Shown here: piece after piece, positions 1 through 8,782 of the stretch
How the letters are laid out: each line of letters opens with the position of its first letter
Position numbering within the stretch: position 1 is the first letter of the stretch
Virus record (IMG/VR): IMGVR_UViG_3300049899_000797
Location: 1-42,205 of that record
Strand: one strand, 5' to 3'
Source: a virus
Taxonomy: Duplodnaviria; Caudoviricetes
DNA length: 42,205 nt
Position numbers and translations under genes: made by a program
The notes under the pieces: model-generated
Database searches by the model: none
The model's input: only the letters and a program-made list of their open reading frames with translations
What the model was told of the DNA's origin: nothing

Positions 1-358
1 AAACCCAATCGAATTTAATAATACCCTTACCTATTTGGAATCCGCCACTATCACCAAGACACCAAGTTTTGGATTTATCTCTTTTCTGTACCATGCTTTC
101 TGCAACATCACTTTTTGCAATATCAAGTTGAGCATGTCCTGCAGAATACAAAGACCATTTATAATCAAAATATGCTTGATCTTTATTTAAAAAATTACAG
201 CCTTCTATGCCATTTTCAAACTCCACAGGAATTCTGTCATTAGGTACATATTCCTCTACCCGTTGTTTGGATATAAATGTGTTATAAAACCCACTTATAC
301 TGGGAAGAAAGACTGCATAATCTTTATTACTTTCAGTTAAGTTTTTCCGTGTTTTCAT
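1..358 (-). CDS. tRNA-guanine transglycosylase-fold protein (DpdA-like), truncated by the window edge
   Basis: Manual translation from ATG 358, which overlaps the clamp stop as ATGA: MKTRKNLTESNKDYAVFLPSISGFY...YSAGHAQLD...KTWCLGDSGGFQIGKG. DSGGFQ is the TGT catalytic signature. The frame is open to the window edge. Confidence 0.75.
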   Translation of the reverse strand, partial: MKTRKNLTESNKDYAVFLPSISGFYNTFISKQRVEEYVPNDRIPVEFENGIEGCNFLNKDQAYFDYKWSLYSAGHAQLDIAKSDVAESMVQKRDKSKTWCLGDSGGFQIGKGIIKFDWV

Positions 359-1101
359 TTGTTCATGGCCGGTAAAATATAATTATATACTGCAAGGCCA
401 CTATCAATACTAATTTGCAAAGCACCTTGATCGGAAATATTCATAACACAAGCACCACTCATACCTAGTTTAAGAATAGTCAATACTTGATGCAATGGCC
501 AGCTCCAATTTTGTTTTAATTCGCCATCTACATTTCTTGCAAAAATTCGCTTGCCTACATGTCCACTACCATCATCGGTTCCAACACCAACAACAAGATT
601 TCCATTTTCTGTTCTAACAGAAAAAGTAGGTTCAATGCTTATATAAATACCTGCAATTTGTGCAAGCTCTTGCACAGATTGTTTAGATGGTTCAAAAGAA
701 ACATTCCAATTAACTCCTCTAAACTTTACGGTTTTAAGTTGCTGTTCAACAACTTCTTTGCTCATAAATCTATACTGATCAGTATTACCATATTGGTCTT
801 CGAATGTTAACGAATCCGGAGCTACGTGTCCGTTGCGTTCTCTAGTTTTTACATTAATTACTGCTTCATCTGCTTTATATCCATCAAGATTAACAATACC
901 ATTTAAAAAGCCCAAATTACCCATACCAAATTCACCTATGAGCTCAGGTACTGGATTAGTAGTTTTAGCATTTAATATAACTGTTCTATCAGGATCCATT
1001 GCTTCAAATGATGTTTCTGCATCAGTTCCTGTTACTTTTACATTTTCAATGAACCCAAGACCAGCAGTATGGTCAACAAGGTCCAGAAGAATATCTTTCA
1101 T
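355..1101 (-). CDS. probable DNA polymerase sliding clamp (gp45/PCNA-like)
   Basis: 248 aa alpha/beta protein ending YNYILPA, clamp-like in size, near polB, with a clamp loader in the window. GGAG RBS and sigma70 promoter upstream. Confidence 0.6.
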   Translation of the reverse strand: MKDILLDLVDHTAGLGFIENVKVTGTDAETSFEAMDPDRTVILNAKTTNPVPELIGEFGMGNLGFLNGIVNLDGYKADEAVINVKTRERNGHVAPDSLTFEDQYGNTDQYRFMSKEVVEQQLKTVKFRGVNWNVSFEPSKQSVQELAQIAGIYISIEPTFSVRTENGNLVVGVGTDDGSGHVGKRIFARNVDGELKQNWSWPLHQVLTILKLGMSGACVMNISDQGALQISIDSGLAVYNYILPAMNK

Positions 1102-1130
1102 AAGTCTCCTTTAGATTAATTAGTTAATAT

Positions 1131-1159
1131 ATTATAACATGCCGAACGGCTAATGTCAA
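1131..1159 (-). promoter_or_regulatory. sigma70-type early promoter
   Basis: TTGACA-N17-TATAAT, perfect consensus with a TG extended -10, upstream of the clamp gene. Confidence 0.85.
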
Positions 1160-1160
1160 G

Positions 1161-1655
1161 TTAAAATTTTGATATAAATCGTGCTATATGTTGTACAAAT
1201 GGAAGTAACGCAATCGCCATAATTGTATTCACTCCTGTATGAACAAGAGCCACCTGTTTCGTGATTCCCGTAGGCATTCCGTCGCTTACTAACATTCCTG
1301 CAATCCATATGGTGCCAGTTGTGCCAATATTTGCACCTAGTATAGCGGCAATTGCAGACGGTAATGGCAATGCACCTGATGCAACAAGTCCTATAACAGC
1401 GGTTGTAGTAAGAGATGATGATTGCCAAAGAATAGTAAAACCAATTGATCCAAGAAACATCCAATAAGGATTTCCTAAAAACCATTCAAGTTGTTCTATA
1501 TGACCCATGGATTTCATTCCTCCTGAGAACATTTTCAAACCAATGTAAAAAATCACCAAACCCAATAGAGTTTGGAAAACAGGATTATTAAATTCCATGA
1601 AGCCGCTTTTTTTATATTTCCACGAATCGTAGAGTTTTCTATCTTTCTTTTTCAC
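1161..1655 (-). CDS. Na+/phosphate cotransporter family protein (single repeat; ATG 1598 is an alternative start)
   Basis: Hydrophobic, with the QSSS motif (LWQSSSLTT) and ILGANIGTT typical of the NptA/SLC34 repeat. Confidence 0.85.
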   Translation of the reverse strand: MKKKDRKLYDSWKYKKSGFMEFNNPVFQTLLGLVIFYIGLKMFSGGMKSMGHIEQLEWFLGNPYWMFLGSIGFTILWQSSSLTTTAVIGLVASGALPLPSAIAAILGANIGTTGTIWIAGMLVSDGMPTGITKQVALVHTGVNTIMAIALLPFVQHIARFISKF

Positions 1656-1660
1656 AAATA

Positions 1661-1828
1661 CTATTTATTATATTCTTGATCAATATAATCTTCTAACCAA
1701 ATCTTACCACATCCCGCTTCAGCATGTTCTATAGTTTGTTCTATATTTTCAAGAGTTTCTTGTGGAATTTGTTTGGTATAGTCTTTAATCATAGTATCTA
1801 TGTAATCGACGTATTCTGTAAATGTCAT
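1661..1828 (-). CDS. small hypothetical protein (55 aa)
   Basis: Manual ORF MTFTEYVDYIDTMIKDY...DQEYNK fills the gap directly after the polB stop. Confidence 0.6.
   Translation of the reverse strand: MTFTEYVDYIDTMIKDYTKQIPQETLENIEQTIEHAEAGCGKIWLEDYIDQEYNK
1662..1668 (-). promoter_or_regulatory. T4-like late promoter candidate (ATAAATA)
   Basis: ATAAATA just upstream of the Na/Pi gene. The same motif recurs before many gene starts. Confidence 0.45.
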
Positions 1829-1829
1829 T

Positions 1830-4493
1830 CTATGTAATCTCGAACAATGTATTAAATGTATTTGTACTTTCAGTATCTTTCAGATCCCAATCAAGTACTC
1901 CAATTAAATTGTCTATCTTTTTATTTATAATAGAATTCTCCATTCCGGTATGATCAAACGGAAGCTCTTTATACCAATTAGGTAAATGTAACTCGTCAAT
2001 TGGATATGCAATAGATGTCATCCCCATTGGATTATTTCTTAGTTTACAAACAATAGTTTTCATTCCATCTACAATTTGCATTGAATAATTATCTGAATAT
2101 GCCTTACGTAACCTATTCCAATTAATTGAGGCCATTACATGACCAACTCCACATTTGCCTGTTCTATCATATAATTTTGTATATTTTGTAAGATTGTTTA
2201 CACGTTTTGGTGTACCTTTTTCCCAGCCTGGTCGTTCTTTAAATTTTTCTCTAAAATCTTTTATCTTTGAAAAGATTTCTGTTTGTCCTGTATTAGTTAA
2301 TACATCAAATAAGATTTCTTCTAAAAATCGTTGCATAAATTCTGGAGTATCACTGCGTTTAAGATCCAATCCCATGGCTTTAAGTTTACCTGGTTCTCCG
2401 CCTAGGTCTTTGCGGTTGCCCTCTTCATCATATACCAGGATACCATATCTTTTCTTTTTAATAAATAATCCGCTTGTAGCAACAATTTCTCTTGCGGCTT
2501 TTATTAGTTGCCCACTTTCTAAAGTAATACCAAATGCTTTGTTCATATACTTTGGAAATGTAGAATTTACTTGTTCGCCTATTACATCATATAATTTAAT
2601 TGCTTGTTCTTTATTCCAATCTACAGTTCCGTTTTCGATATCTTCCTTGAGAGAATATATAGCAGTATAATACACACTATCAGTATCACCATAAATGATA
2701 GATGATCCAACATGATTGTATTCTCCTGTAAGTACTTTGTTAACTTCTGCGGCCATATGCCTTGCAATTGACCTACCAGTTAATGTTACACTTTGACCCA
2801 TCCTTAGGTCAAAAAATCTTGATCCCTTATTTAAAATAGCACCATATAAACTATTTAAGTTAATTTTTTTAACGAGCTGTCTTTTATCCCAAAATTCTAT
2901 CCTTCTTTTGTCGTTATCATCTATTGCTTTTTGCAAATTTTTCTGCATTTCTTTACGTTCAGCATACCACCGCTCAAGTAAATTAGGAATAATACCTTTG
3001 TTATCATATCTAAACATTGTACCATTTGCAGATATTCCCCAAGAATTACCTTGGTTATGAATTAAATCATACAATTCAGCACCTGTGTATTGATCGGTGT
3101 CACCATTTTCCCAATCGACTGTAATTTTTTCTGCTATATCTCGCTCTTGTACTAAGTCATACTCTAATGTATTAAATATTCCTTCCCATGCCTCTGCAAA
3201 ACTTGCTTTATTGTCCATCTTTTCTCGGACCATATCATGTGTTTTATCAAGTCTACATTGTCCAATAATTGTTTCTGGACCCATATTCAATGCACGAATA
3301 ACACTAGGATACAGTGAATTTAAATCCATTGATCCTATCCAAGTATGCATACCTATTTTTGGTTGTGCTACATAAGCACCTGCGGCAGTATTAAATTCTT
3401 CATCTGTATTTTTCTTTTTATCTGGTACTTGGAGTCCTTGACTATGTGCTTCATTTATAATTGCTTGGTCACTAACTGCTACTGCCCCCATTGTTGTTTG
3501 TAGCATTACTGTATTAGCATGAGCAAGTACATTTGCTAAGTCAATAAACTGTAATTTGTCATCCATCTTTTTAAGCATCATGGTATCTTGTCTATTATAT
3601 GCAATAAACTTTTCGTAGTCATTATTGTATAATTGATCAAGGGTACCTTCATATGGAATCTTACCTTCGCCTATTTCAAATTCACCAACAGCATCTAATC
3701 TATAACTATGCATTTCATGATATGTATATTTGCGATATAATTCTAAATAATCTAAATGTACCCTACCTATTAAATCATATGTTTCTTGTTCTCTACCAAA
3801 TTTTTCAAATTCTCTCTTACGTGGATATTGATTCCATAAACAAAAATCTCGCAGACGTTGTTTACCTAATACTCTAGCAACTCTGTTTACAGTATACGGG
3901 ATATCGTACCCTTCACTATTCCAGCCACTTAAAATATCTGCATCACCGATTAGTTTTAAAAAATTGTCTAATAATTCTTCTTCTGTATTGCAGAGCATTG
4001 TGTTATCAAACGTATCACATATTTTTTCTGCTTCTGCTCGGTCAACTGTCTTAGGACGAATTGTTAATGTAATTAATTCTTCTATCCAACTACACCACAA
4101 TGTGACAGAATTAATCATTGAGAAAGGATCAGACGGATCAGCAAATCCTTTTTCTTGTTGAAAGTCTACCTCAATATCAAAGAAACACTTGTTTAAGTTC
4201 GGAGCTTCTTTGCCTAAGTAATTGTCTTCTAAACAACGAAATACAGGATTAATATCAGATTCGAATAATTGTTTATGTGAATGGATTTTCTTTTCTAAAC
4301 GAAATGTTTTTCCACTTGTTGTACTTGCTCGAGATAACGGTGTACCAAATATAGAACGATATTTTCCTTTTGCATCAGGATAATAAAAGATATATTTGGC
4401 AGGATATGTTTGGTATTCCCGCTTCTTCCTAGTTCGCTCTACTATGTGTATAGCGTCTTTTTCTCTATCAAAAAATGCGTCTACGTAACTCAT
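1830..4493 (-). CDS. family B DNA polymerase (gp43-like); likely start MSYVDAFF at 4493
   Basis: Exonuclease motifs FDIE, GWNSEGYDIPY and YNRQD; polymerase motifs DLNSLYPS, KKINLNSLYG and YGDTDS. ATAAATA lies at 4499-4505. Confidence 0.97.
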   Translation of the reverse strand: MSYVDAFFDREKDAIHIVERTRKKREYQTYPAKYIFYYPDAKGKYRSIFGTPLSRASTTSGKTFRLEKKIHSHKQLFESDINPVFRCLEDNYLGKEAPNLNKCFFDIEVDFQQEKGFADPSDPFSMINSVTLWCSWIEELITLTIRPKTVDRAEAEKICDTFDNTMLCNTEEELLDNFLKLIGDADILSGWNSEGYDIPYTVNRVARVLGKQRLRDFCLWNQYPRKREFEKFGREQETYDLIGRVHLDYLELYRKYTYHEMHSYRLDAVGEFEIGEGKIPYEGTLDQLYNNDYEKFIAYNRQDTMMLKKMDDKLQFIDLANVLAHANTVMLQTTMGAVAVSDQAIINEAHSQGLQVPDKKKNTDEEFNTAAGAYVAQPKIGMHTWIGSMDLNSLYPSVIRALNMGPETIIGQCRLDKTHDMVREKMDNKASFAEAWEGIFNTLEYDLVQERDIAEKITVDWENGDTDQYTGAELYDLIHNQGNSWGISANGTMFRYDNKGIIPNLLERWYAERKEMQKNLQKAIDDNDKRRIEFWDKRQLVKKINLNSLYGAILNKGSRFFDLRMGQSVTLTGRSIARHMAAEVNKVLTGEYNHVGSSIIYGDTDSVYYTAIYSLKEDIENGTVDWNKEQAIKLYDVIGEQVNSTFPKYMNKAFGITLESGQLIKAAREIVATSGLFIKKKRYGILVYDEEGNRKDLGGEPGKLKAMGLDLKRSDTPEFMQRFLEEILFDVLTNTGQTEIFSKIKDFREKFKERPGWEKGTPKRVNNLTKYTKLYDRTGKCGVGHVMASINWNRLRKAYSDNYSMQIVDGMKTIVCKLRNNPMGMTSIAYPIDELHLPNWYKELPFDHTGMENSIINKKIDNLIGVLDWDLKDTESTNTFNTLFEIT

Positions 4494-5211
4494 CAGCGTA
4501 TTTATTATGACATTCTTGGGTGGGGTGACCATGAGGCATATGTTCTGTTGCTAAATCCATAATACCACCATAATTTGAAAAGGTATTTTGCATAAAAATA
4601 AATTTTGTCCAATCTATTAATTCGTATAATTGTTCTATACTACCAATTACAGCATCTATAGCAGGATTGTCTACAAATAAATTAAAAATATATTCATCGT
4701 CTACGCATAACGATCTATACGAAGGGAAAGTCATGCTATAATTTAGATTTAAAGATTCTAAATGTAATTGAGTAAAATATATATTACTCAATGTATTGTA
4801 TATTCCAGAATAATCATTATAAAAATATTTGTAATATAGGTCAACAAACTGTTTACCTTGTTTTTTAATTTTTTCCTTCCAGTCCGGGCCAATAGTAGTA
4901 AATAATTTATCACATTCTTTAGTATCGTCAACATAAGGTGAAGATCCTATTATACTCTCTGCTTGTAAAAATTCTGTTCTATCATTATAAGACCAAGCAA
5001 CTATAACATATTCGGGTCGGTTAATTGTACTAAAATTAATACAATGACGTCTAATGGCAAAGTTGGATAATCCTGACTGTGAAAAATTTGTCGCACCTAA
5101 TAAAGCAGGCCAAGCAAATTTACTAGGATCAGTTTTGGGCTTTTCGTATGGCACATCTGCTAATTCGGCACCATATGTTATAGAATCACCAAAAACAATA
5201 AATTGGTTCAT
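4468..5211 (-). CDS. SGNH/GDSL hydrolase-like protein
   Basis: N-terminal FGDSITYG, then GLSN, and a C-terminal HGHPT. Confidence 0.7.
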   Translation of the reverse strand: MNQFIVFGDSITYGAELADVPYEKPKTDPSKFAWPALLGATNFSQSGLSNFAIRRHCINFSTINRPEYVIVAWSYNDRTEFLQAESIIGSSPYVDDTKECDKLFTTIGPDWKEKIKKQGKQFVDLYYKYFYNDYSGIYNTLSNIYFTQLHLESLNLNYSMTFPSYRSLCVDDEYIFNLFVDNPAIDAVIGSIEQLYELIDWTKFIFMQNTFSNYGGIMDLATEHMPHGHPTQECHNKYADELRRRIF

Positions 5212-5468
5212 GCAGTTCGACCGACTGCTTCTAATACATCTTCCACTGCTTCAAAATCATCCTTTGATTGGTGTAATGATGCCTTGTGGGCTATTTTAAT
5301 TGCTTTGTTTAAGGTAGCCGCTTTAATCTCCATTTCTTGAGCAACGGCTTTAACTGTATCGCCTAATCCTTCTCGCAAATCTTGTATTTCTTGCGATACT
5401 TGAACTCCTTCGGATACGAGTTGTTTGAGTTTTGCAATTTCATTTATACTATATGTTTTTGTTGGCAT
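5208..5468 (-). CDS. double-stranded DNA-binding protein (T4 DsbA/GapR-like); start MPTKTY
   Basis: 86 aa helical protein with an AAGGAG RBS before ATG 5468. The longer ORF-track start lies inside the promoter. Confidence 0.55.
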   Translation of the reverse strand: MPTKTYSINEIAKLKQLVSEGVQVSQEIQDLREGLGDTVKAVAQEMEIKAATLNKAIKIAHKASLHQSKDDFEAVEDVLEAVGRTA

Positions 5469-5496
5469 TTTTCTCCTTTGGATATTAGTTCTTATT

Positions 5497-5525
5497 ATTA
5501 TAACATGTTTAAAAATATGTGTCAA
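5497..5525 (-). promoter_or_regulatory. sigma70-type early promoter
   Basis: TTGACA-N17-TATAAT, perfect consensus with TG extension. Confidence 0.85.
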
Positions 5526-5526
5526 C

Positions 5527-6060
5527 CTATAAAAAATTAAAATTTATTGATACTCTAACTTGTTCATCCGTACAATTTGTACTGTAATGTTCCATTGATC
5601 CGTCAAAAACTACAAGTCTATTTTTTACAGATTCTACTTTGATATTACCATGTAGCATGGTATAACCATTGTTACTATTAACATAATACAATGCTGATTT
5701 ATTATTAAATGTAAAATCTTGATGGGGAGCATGTTCTTGTATATTTTCAGTTGAAGAATACATATTTGCTTTAATTCGTATTAATGCTTTATAATTTAAT
5801 TTTTCTATAATTGGAACTAATTGTTCAAATTCTGGTGCAAGAATTCCCTCAGGTTGGCGCCAAATAACAAATGCCCAAAAACAATCAGATGGTGAACCGG
5901 TTGAACGATTCTTCATTTGCTCAACTGCAACTTTACTTTGGTATCGCCATTGGGGGTTTCTACTTAGAAAATGTTCTTCTAATTCGTCTGCTATTCCGTT
6001 AGGTAGGTAATTATCTACGACTTCGGCAACAATATTGCCTTGGGTATCTTTATGAAACAT
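5527..6060 (-). CDS. 2OG-Fe(II) oxygenase
   Basis: HxD (PHQD), distal H (MEHYS) and RxS (RVSINFN). Confidence 0.8.
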   Translation of the reverse strand: MFHKDTQGNIVAEVVDNYLPNGIADELEEHFLSRNPQWRYQSKVAVEQMKNRSTGSPSDCFWAFVIWRQPEGILAPEFEQLVPIIEKLNYKALIRIKANMYSSTENIQEHAPHQDFTFNNKSALYYVNSNNGYTMLHGNIKVESVKNRLVVFDGSMEHYSTNCTDEQVRVSINFNFL

Positions 6061-6062
6061 AT

Positions 6063-6524
6063 TTAATCTTTTGGTATTGCTCTTGAAACATCAAATGTAT
6101 AAAATTCTATCTGTCCTAAAACACTTTTGCTATCAGTGTCATCGCCTTCGTCAACAAGTTCGCCTTGAATAATTTCTCCTGCTTGTTGTCGTCCGGACAT
6201 TTCTTCTTGTTTATCGTGATCTTTTTCTGTATATGGAAATCTATATGCAATAGGTTCAGCATCATCTTGATAAGCAACCCAATAAAATATCCAATCTGGT
6301 TCCTTAACTGCTGAAGAGATTACAACAAATTTTCCTTCTTTTACTTTATCTGTTGGGTATCCCAACATGCTCTGTACTGTAATATAAGTTGTTACAGTAA
6401 GGGCGAGCGTAATAGGAATTATAATAAACATCCATATTTTGTCGGCACCATGCTGTATTAAATCCCATAAAAATATAGTAAGTAATACTATCCAGGCTAC
6501 TATTAAAAAACTAAATGTTAACAT
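6063..6524 (-). CDS. membrane protein with two N-terminal TM helices
   Basis: Two hydrophobic segments followed by a soluble domain. Coupled to the MotB-like gene by a TAATG overlap. Confidence 0.7.
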   Translation of the reverse strand: MLTFSFLIVAWIVLLTIFLWDLIQHGADKIWMFIIIPITLALTVTTYITVQSMLGYPTDKVKEGKFVVISSAVKEPDWIFYWVAYQDDAEPIAYRFPYTEKDHDKQEEMSGRQQAGEIIQGELVDEGDDTDSKSVLGQIEFYTFDVSRAIPKD

Positions 6525-7453
6525 TAGTGTCCTCCCATTATTGGATCTTCATTATAATCTCGCCCAGTAGTGGAATCATTACTACTACTTTGATCGGTAG
6601 GATGATCACTGCCGTCTGGTTGTACAGTAGTTGATTGTCCTGCTCCGGAAATAGAATAAGAATATCTGCTTTCTTCGGGCCCATTTGAAGTGCTGGCACC
6701 AGGTTGTTCATGCAATTCATCATCAAATCCTGCTGATCCATGAACTTCATCGTCGTCGGCTGGTTCATCACCTTGTATTTGTTCTCCGTGGCCTGTGGGC
6801 GATGATTGCATGGGGGTACTACCGGATGAAGTCATGATACCCCCCGGCTGTCGTTTCCCTGCGAATCTTTTTTTTCGATGATTTTTTGATTTTACAAAAC
6901 CATCTCGTCCAATTGTAAATCGTATAACTGTTTCTTCTGCACCATGTACAGGTAAAGTAACAATACCAGTGTGAACTTCCCCATATGGATTAAGTTTTAT
7001 TACTCTTGTTGTTACTTCCATTGGCCCTTTTGCCGCCTGACCTTTCATAGAATATAAATGATTATTAACAACATATTCGCCTGATACAATACCTCTAATT
7101 GTCATTACTTCTCGATTTAAATAAATTATTTTTGTTGAGCCATCTGCCAATATTACAGTATCATTGGATTGGCCTAGATCGTCTTTATCTAAATGTAATA
7201 AACCTGCATTCATGTTAGGAAAGCCAACTATATTACCTACAGGATCCATCATCCATAAGTCTATGTCATATGCGGATTGGTCATCCCATTCCATTATAAT
7301 CATAAACTCGGCTTTTGCTTCTACTTCTGCATCCTTTTCAACAGGATTAATTAAAAGGAATGCTATTATAAACATAAAGGCAAAACCGATTAATACATTA
7401 AATAGCAGGTCAGTAAATGCCAAACTGCTTTTATATTGCGGCTTACTATCCAT
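6524..7453 (-). CDS. MotB/ExbD/TolR-like single-pass protein with a YfaP/DUF2135-like soluble domain and a disordered tail
   Basis: AFTDLLFNVLIGF carries the conserved TM Asp. W..QSAYDIDLWMMDP.G...LDKDD...NRE pattern, then an acidic Ser/Gly-rich C-terminus. Confidence 0.65.
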   Translation of the reverse strand: MDSKPQYKSSLAFTDLLFNVLIGFAFMFIIAFLLINPVEKDAEVEAKAEFMIIMEWDDQSAYDIDLWMMDPVGNIVGFPNMNAGLLHLDKDDLGQSNDTVILADGSTKIIYLNREVMTIRGIVSGEYVVNNHLYSMKGQAAKGPMEVTTRVIKLNPYGEVHTGIVTLPVHGAEETVIRFTIGRDGFVKSKNHRKKRFAGKRQPGGIMTSSGSTPMQSSPTGHGEQIQGDEPADDDEVHGSAGFDDELHEQPGASTSNGPEESRYSYSISGAGQSTTVQPDGSDHPTDQSSSNDSTTGRDYNEDPIMGGH

Positions 7454-7901
7454 TATTTTGGTTCTCGTTTTCTACGTTCACTAATTGAATTTTTAATGTT
7501 AAAGAACATATTAATCCAACTAATGTCGTGTATAATGCAGTACTCATTCCTAGTGCCATTTTAGATAAGGCAGTTTGAATTGTGGCAGTATTTGCTAAAT
7601 CAATATCTGCAAATGCTCCACTTAGCATTAATAGAAAACCGGTCACAGTTCCGATCATGCCCAAGGCAAGACACGCTTCTGCAACAAACCATCCGACATC
7701 AATGTTTTGAATTTGAATTTCGGATTTTTTTGTACACCATCCTACCCATCCAGAAGTAAGAATAAAAAGTGTTAATATAAGAAAACTTAATTTTGTTTGA
7801 TCACCATCGTATAAGTCTTTGTGTAAATTGAAATATACGGCAACTCCTCCCGCAAGGATCGATAAACAAAAAATTAACCACCACCGTAAAAGTGCTTTCA
7901 T
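7446..7901 (-). CDS. MotA/TolQ/ExbB proton channel family protein
   Basis: LGMIGTVTG and GMSTALYTTLVGL signature helices, with four hydrophobic segments. Confidence 0.85.
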   Translation of the reverse strand: MKALLRWWLIFCLSILAGGVAVYFNLHKDLYDGDQTKLSFLILTLFILTSGWVGWCTKKSEIQIQNIDVGWFVAEACLALGMIGTVTGFLLMLSGAFADIDLANTATIQTALSKMALGMSTALYTTLVGLICSLTLKIQLVNVENENQNNG

Positions 7902-7940
7902 AAACTCTAACCTTTTTTTGTTGTTATTCCCTGAAGAGGC

Positions 7941-8276
7941 TTATAAGACAAGTTGCTTACTAAAGTTTGGCAACATGCTACTATATTTATACGTTTTGAA
8001 GAGCCTCGGGGAATTCACATCAAATTTAGAAGGAACATATGTTGCTATATCTAATTCTTCTATTGTGGGGTCTTGAATTTTAATTTTATTTTTTAATGCT
8101 TGGAAAACTTCTGTATCATTGTTAGTACCAGAGCTAGATTTATTTGCAAATTTTGACGATACAATTAAAATTTTAAATTTTTTAGATACCAGAGTGGATT
8201 GTTCAACTACTAAATAGGTGGGTGTAAATATTTCTTTTAATACATTTTCAATTTCTCTAGTACTATTTGGTTTCAT
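7941..8276 (-). CDS. BolA-like protein (degenerate)
   Basis: IE..L.E.F.P..L.V, FKILIVS.KF..KS, VFQAL and I..L.I.T..P match BolA spacing, but the conserved His and RHR residues are absent. Confidence 0.55.
   Translation of the reverse strand: MKPNSTREIENVLKEIFTPTYLVVEQSTLVSKKFKILIVSSKFANKSSSGTNNDTEVFQALKNKIKIQDPTIEELDIATYVPSKFDVNSPRLFKTYKYSSMLPNFSKQLVL
7984..7991 (-). promoter_or_regulatory. T4 late promoter (TATAAATA)
   Basis: Exact T4 gp55 consensus, 83 nt upstream of the MotA-like start. Confidence 0.6.
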
Positions 8277-8743
8277 TTTATAAGGCCTTGTTTGTAACTA
8301 GTTTTATTATTAATACGTAAAGCCGTCATAACTTTTTTACGATTATTTCCATTTAAGTTATATGAACAATGAACCCAACCACTATTAGGACCTTCTTTTG
8401 GATTATAAAATTCTAATATAAGTTGATCAAATTCTAAATTCTTTTTAATCCATTCTGCTAAATCATGATTGGGGTATCCATAAATTTCAAAATCTGCGGC
8501 TTGACCAAAACAATGCTGGCTAGTTTTTGAACCTCTGACTGCGGTATTAAGTTTAGGACTTCTGTATCCACTATTAATTGTAACAACCCTACCGAAATGA
8601 TCCCGGACAGGCTGTAATATATGGCTACATACATATACCATATTGACTAAATGTTCTGAATTTGGAGTATTATCGATACCTAGTCTAGTTGCTGTGGAAC
8701 TTTTGGTCAGTTCTCCTAAACTAAAATTTTTTGCTAACTTCAT
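8273..8743 (-). CDS. peptidase M15A (Zn D-Ala-D-Ala-type), possible endolysin
   Basis: NFSLGEL, SGYRS, SQHCFGQAADF and WVHCS motifs. GTAAATA upstream at 8776-8782. Confidence 0.88.
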   Translation of the reverse strand: MKLAKNFSLGELTKSSTATRLGIDNTPNSEHLVNMVYVCSHILQPVRDHFGRVVTINSGYRSPKLNTAVRGSKTSQHCFGQAADFEIYGYPNHDLAEWIKKNLEFDQLILEFYNPKEGPNSGWVHCSYNLNGNNRKKVMTALRINNKTSYKQGLIK

Positions 8744-8782
8744 TTAATTTTCTCCTGGCGAGTTTATTATGCAATTATTTAC

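Noticed and set aside
1830-4493. Intein or intron in the DNA polymerase
   Set aside because: The 887-aa ORF is continuous with normally spaced motifs.
6063-7901. A complete Zorya defence system
   Set aside because: The MotA-like protein has no long ZorA tail, the partner has no OmpA-like domain, and there are no ZorC/D/E genes.
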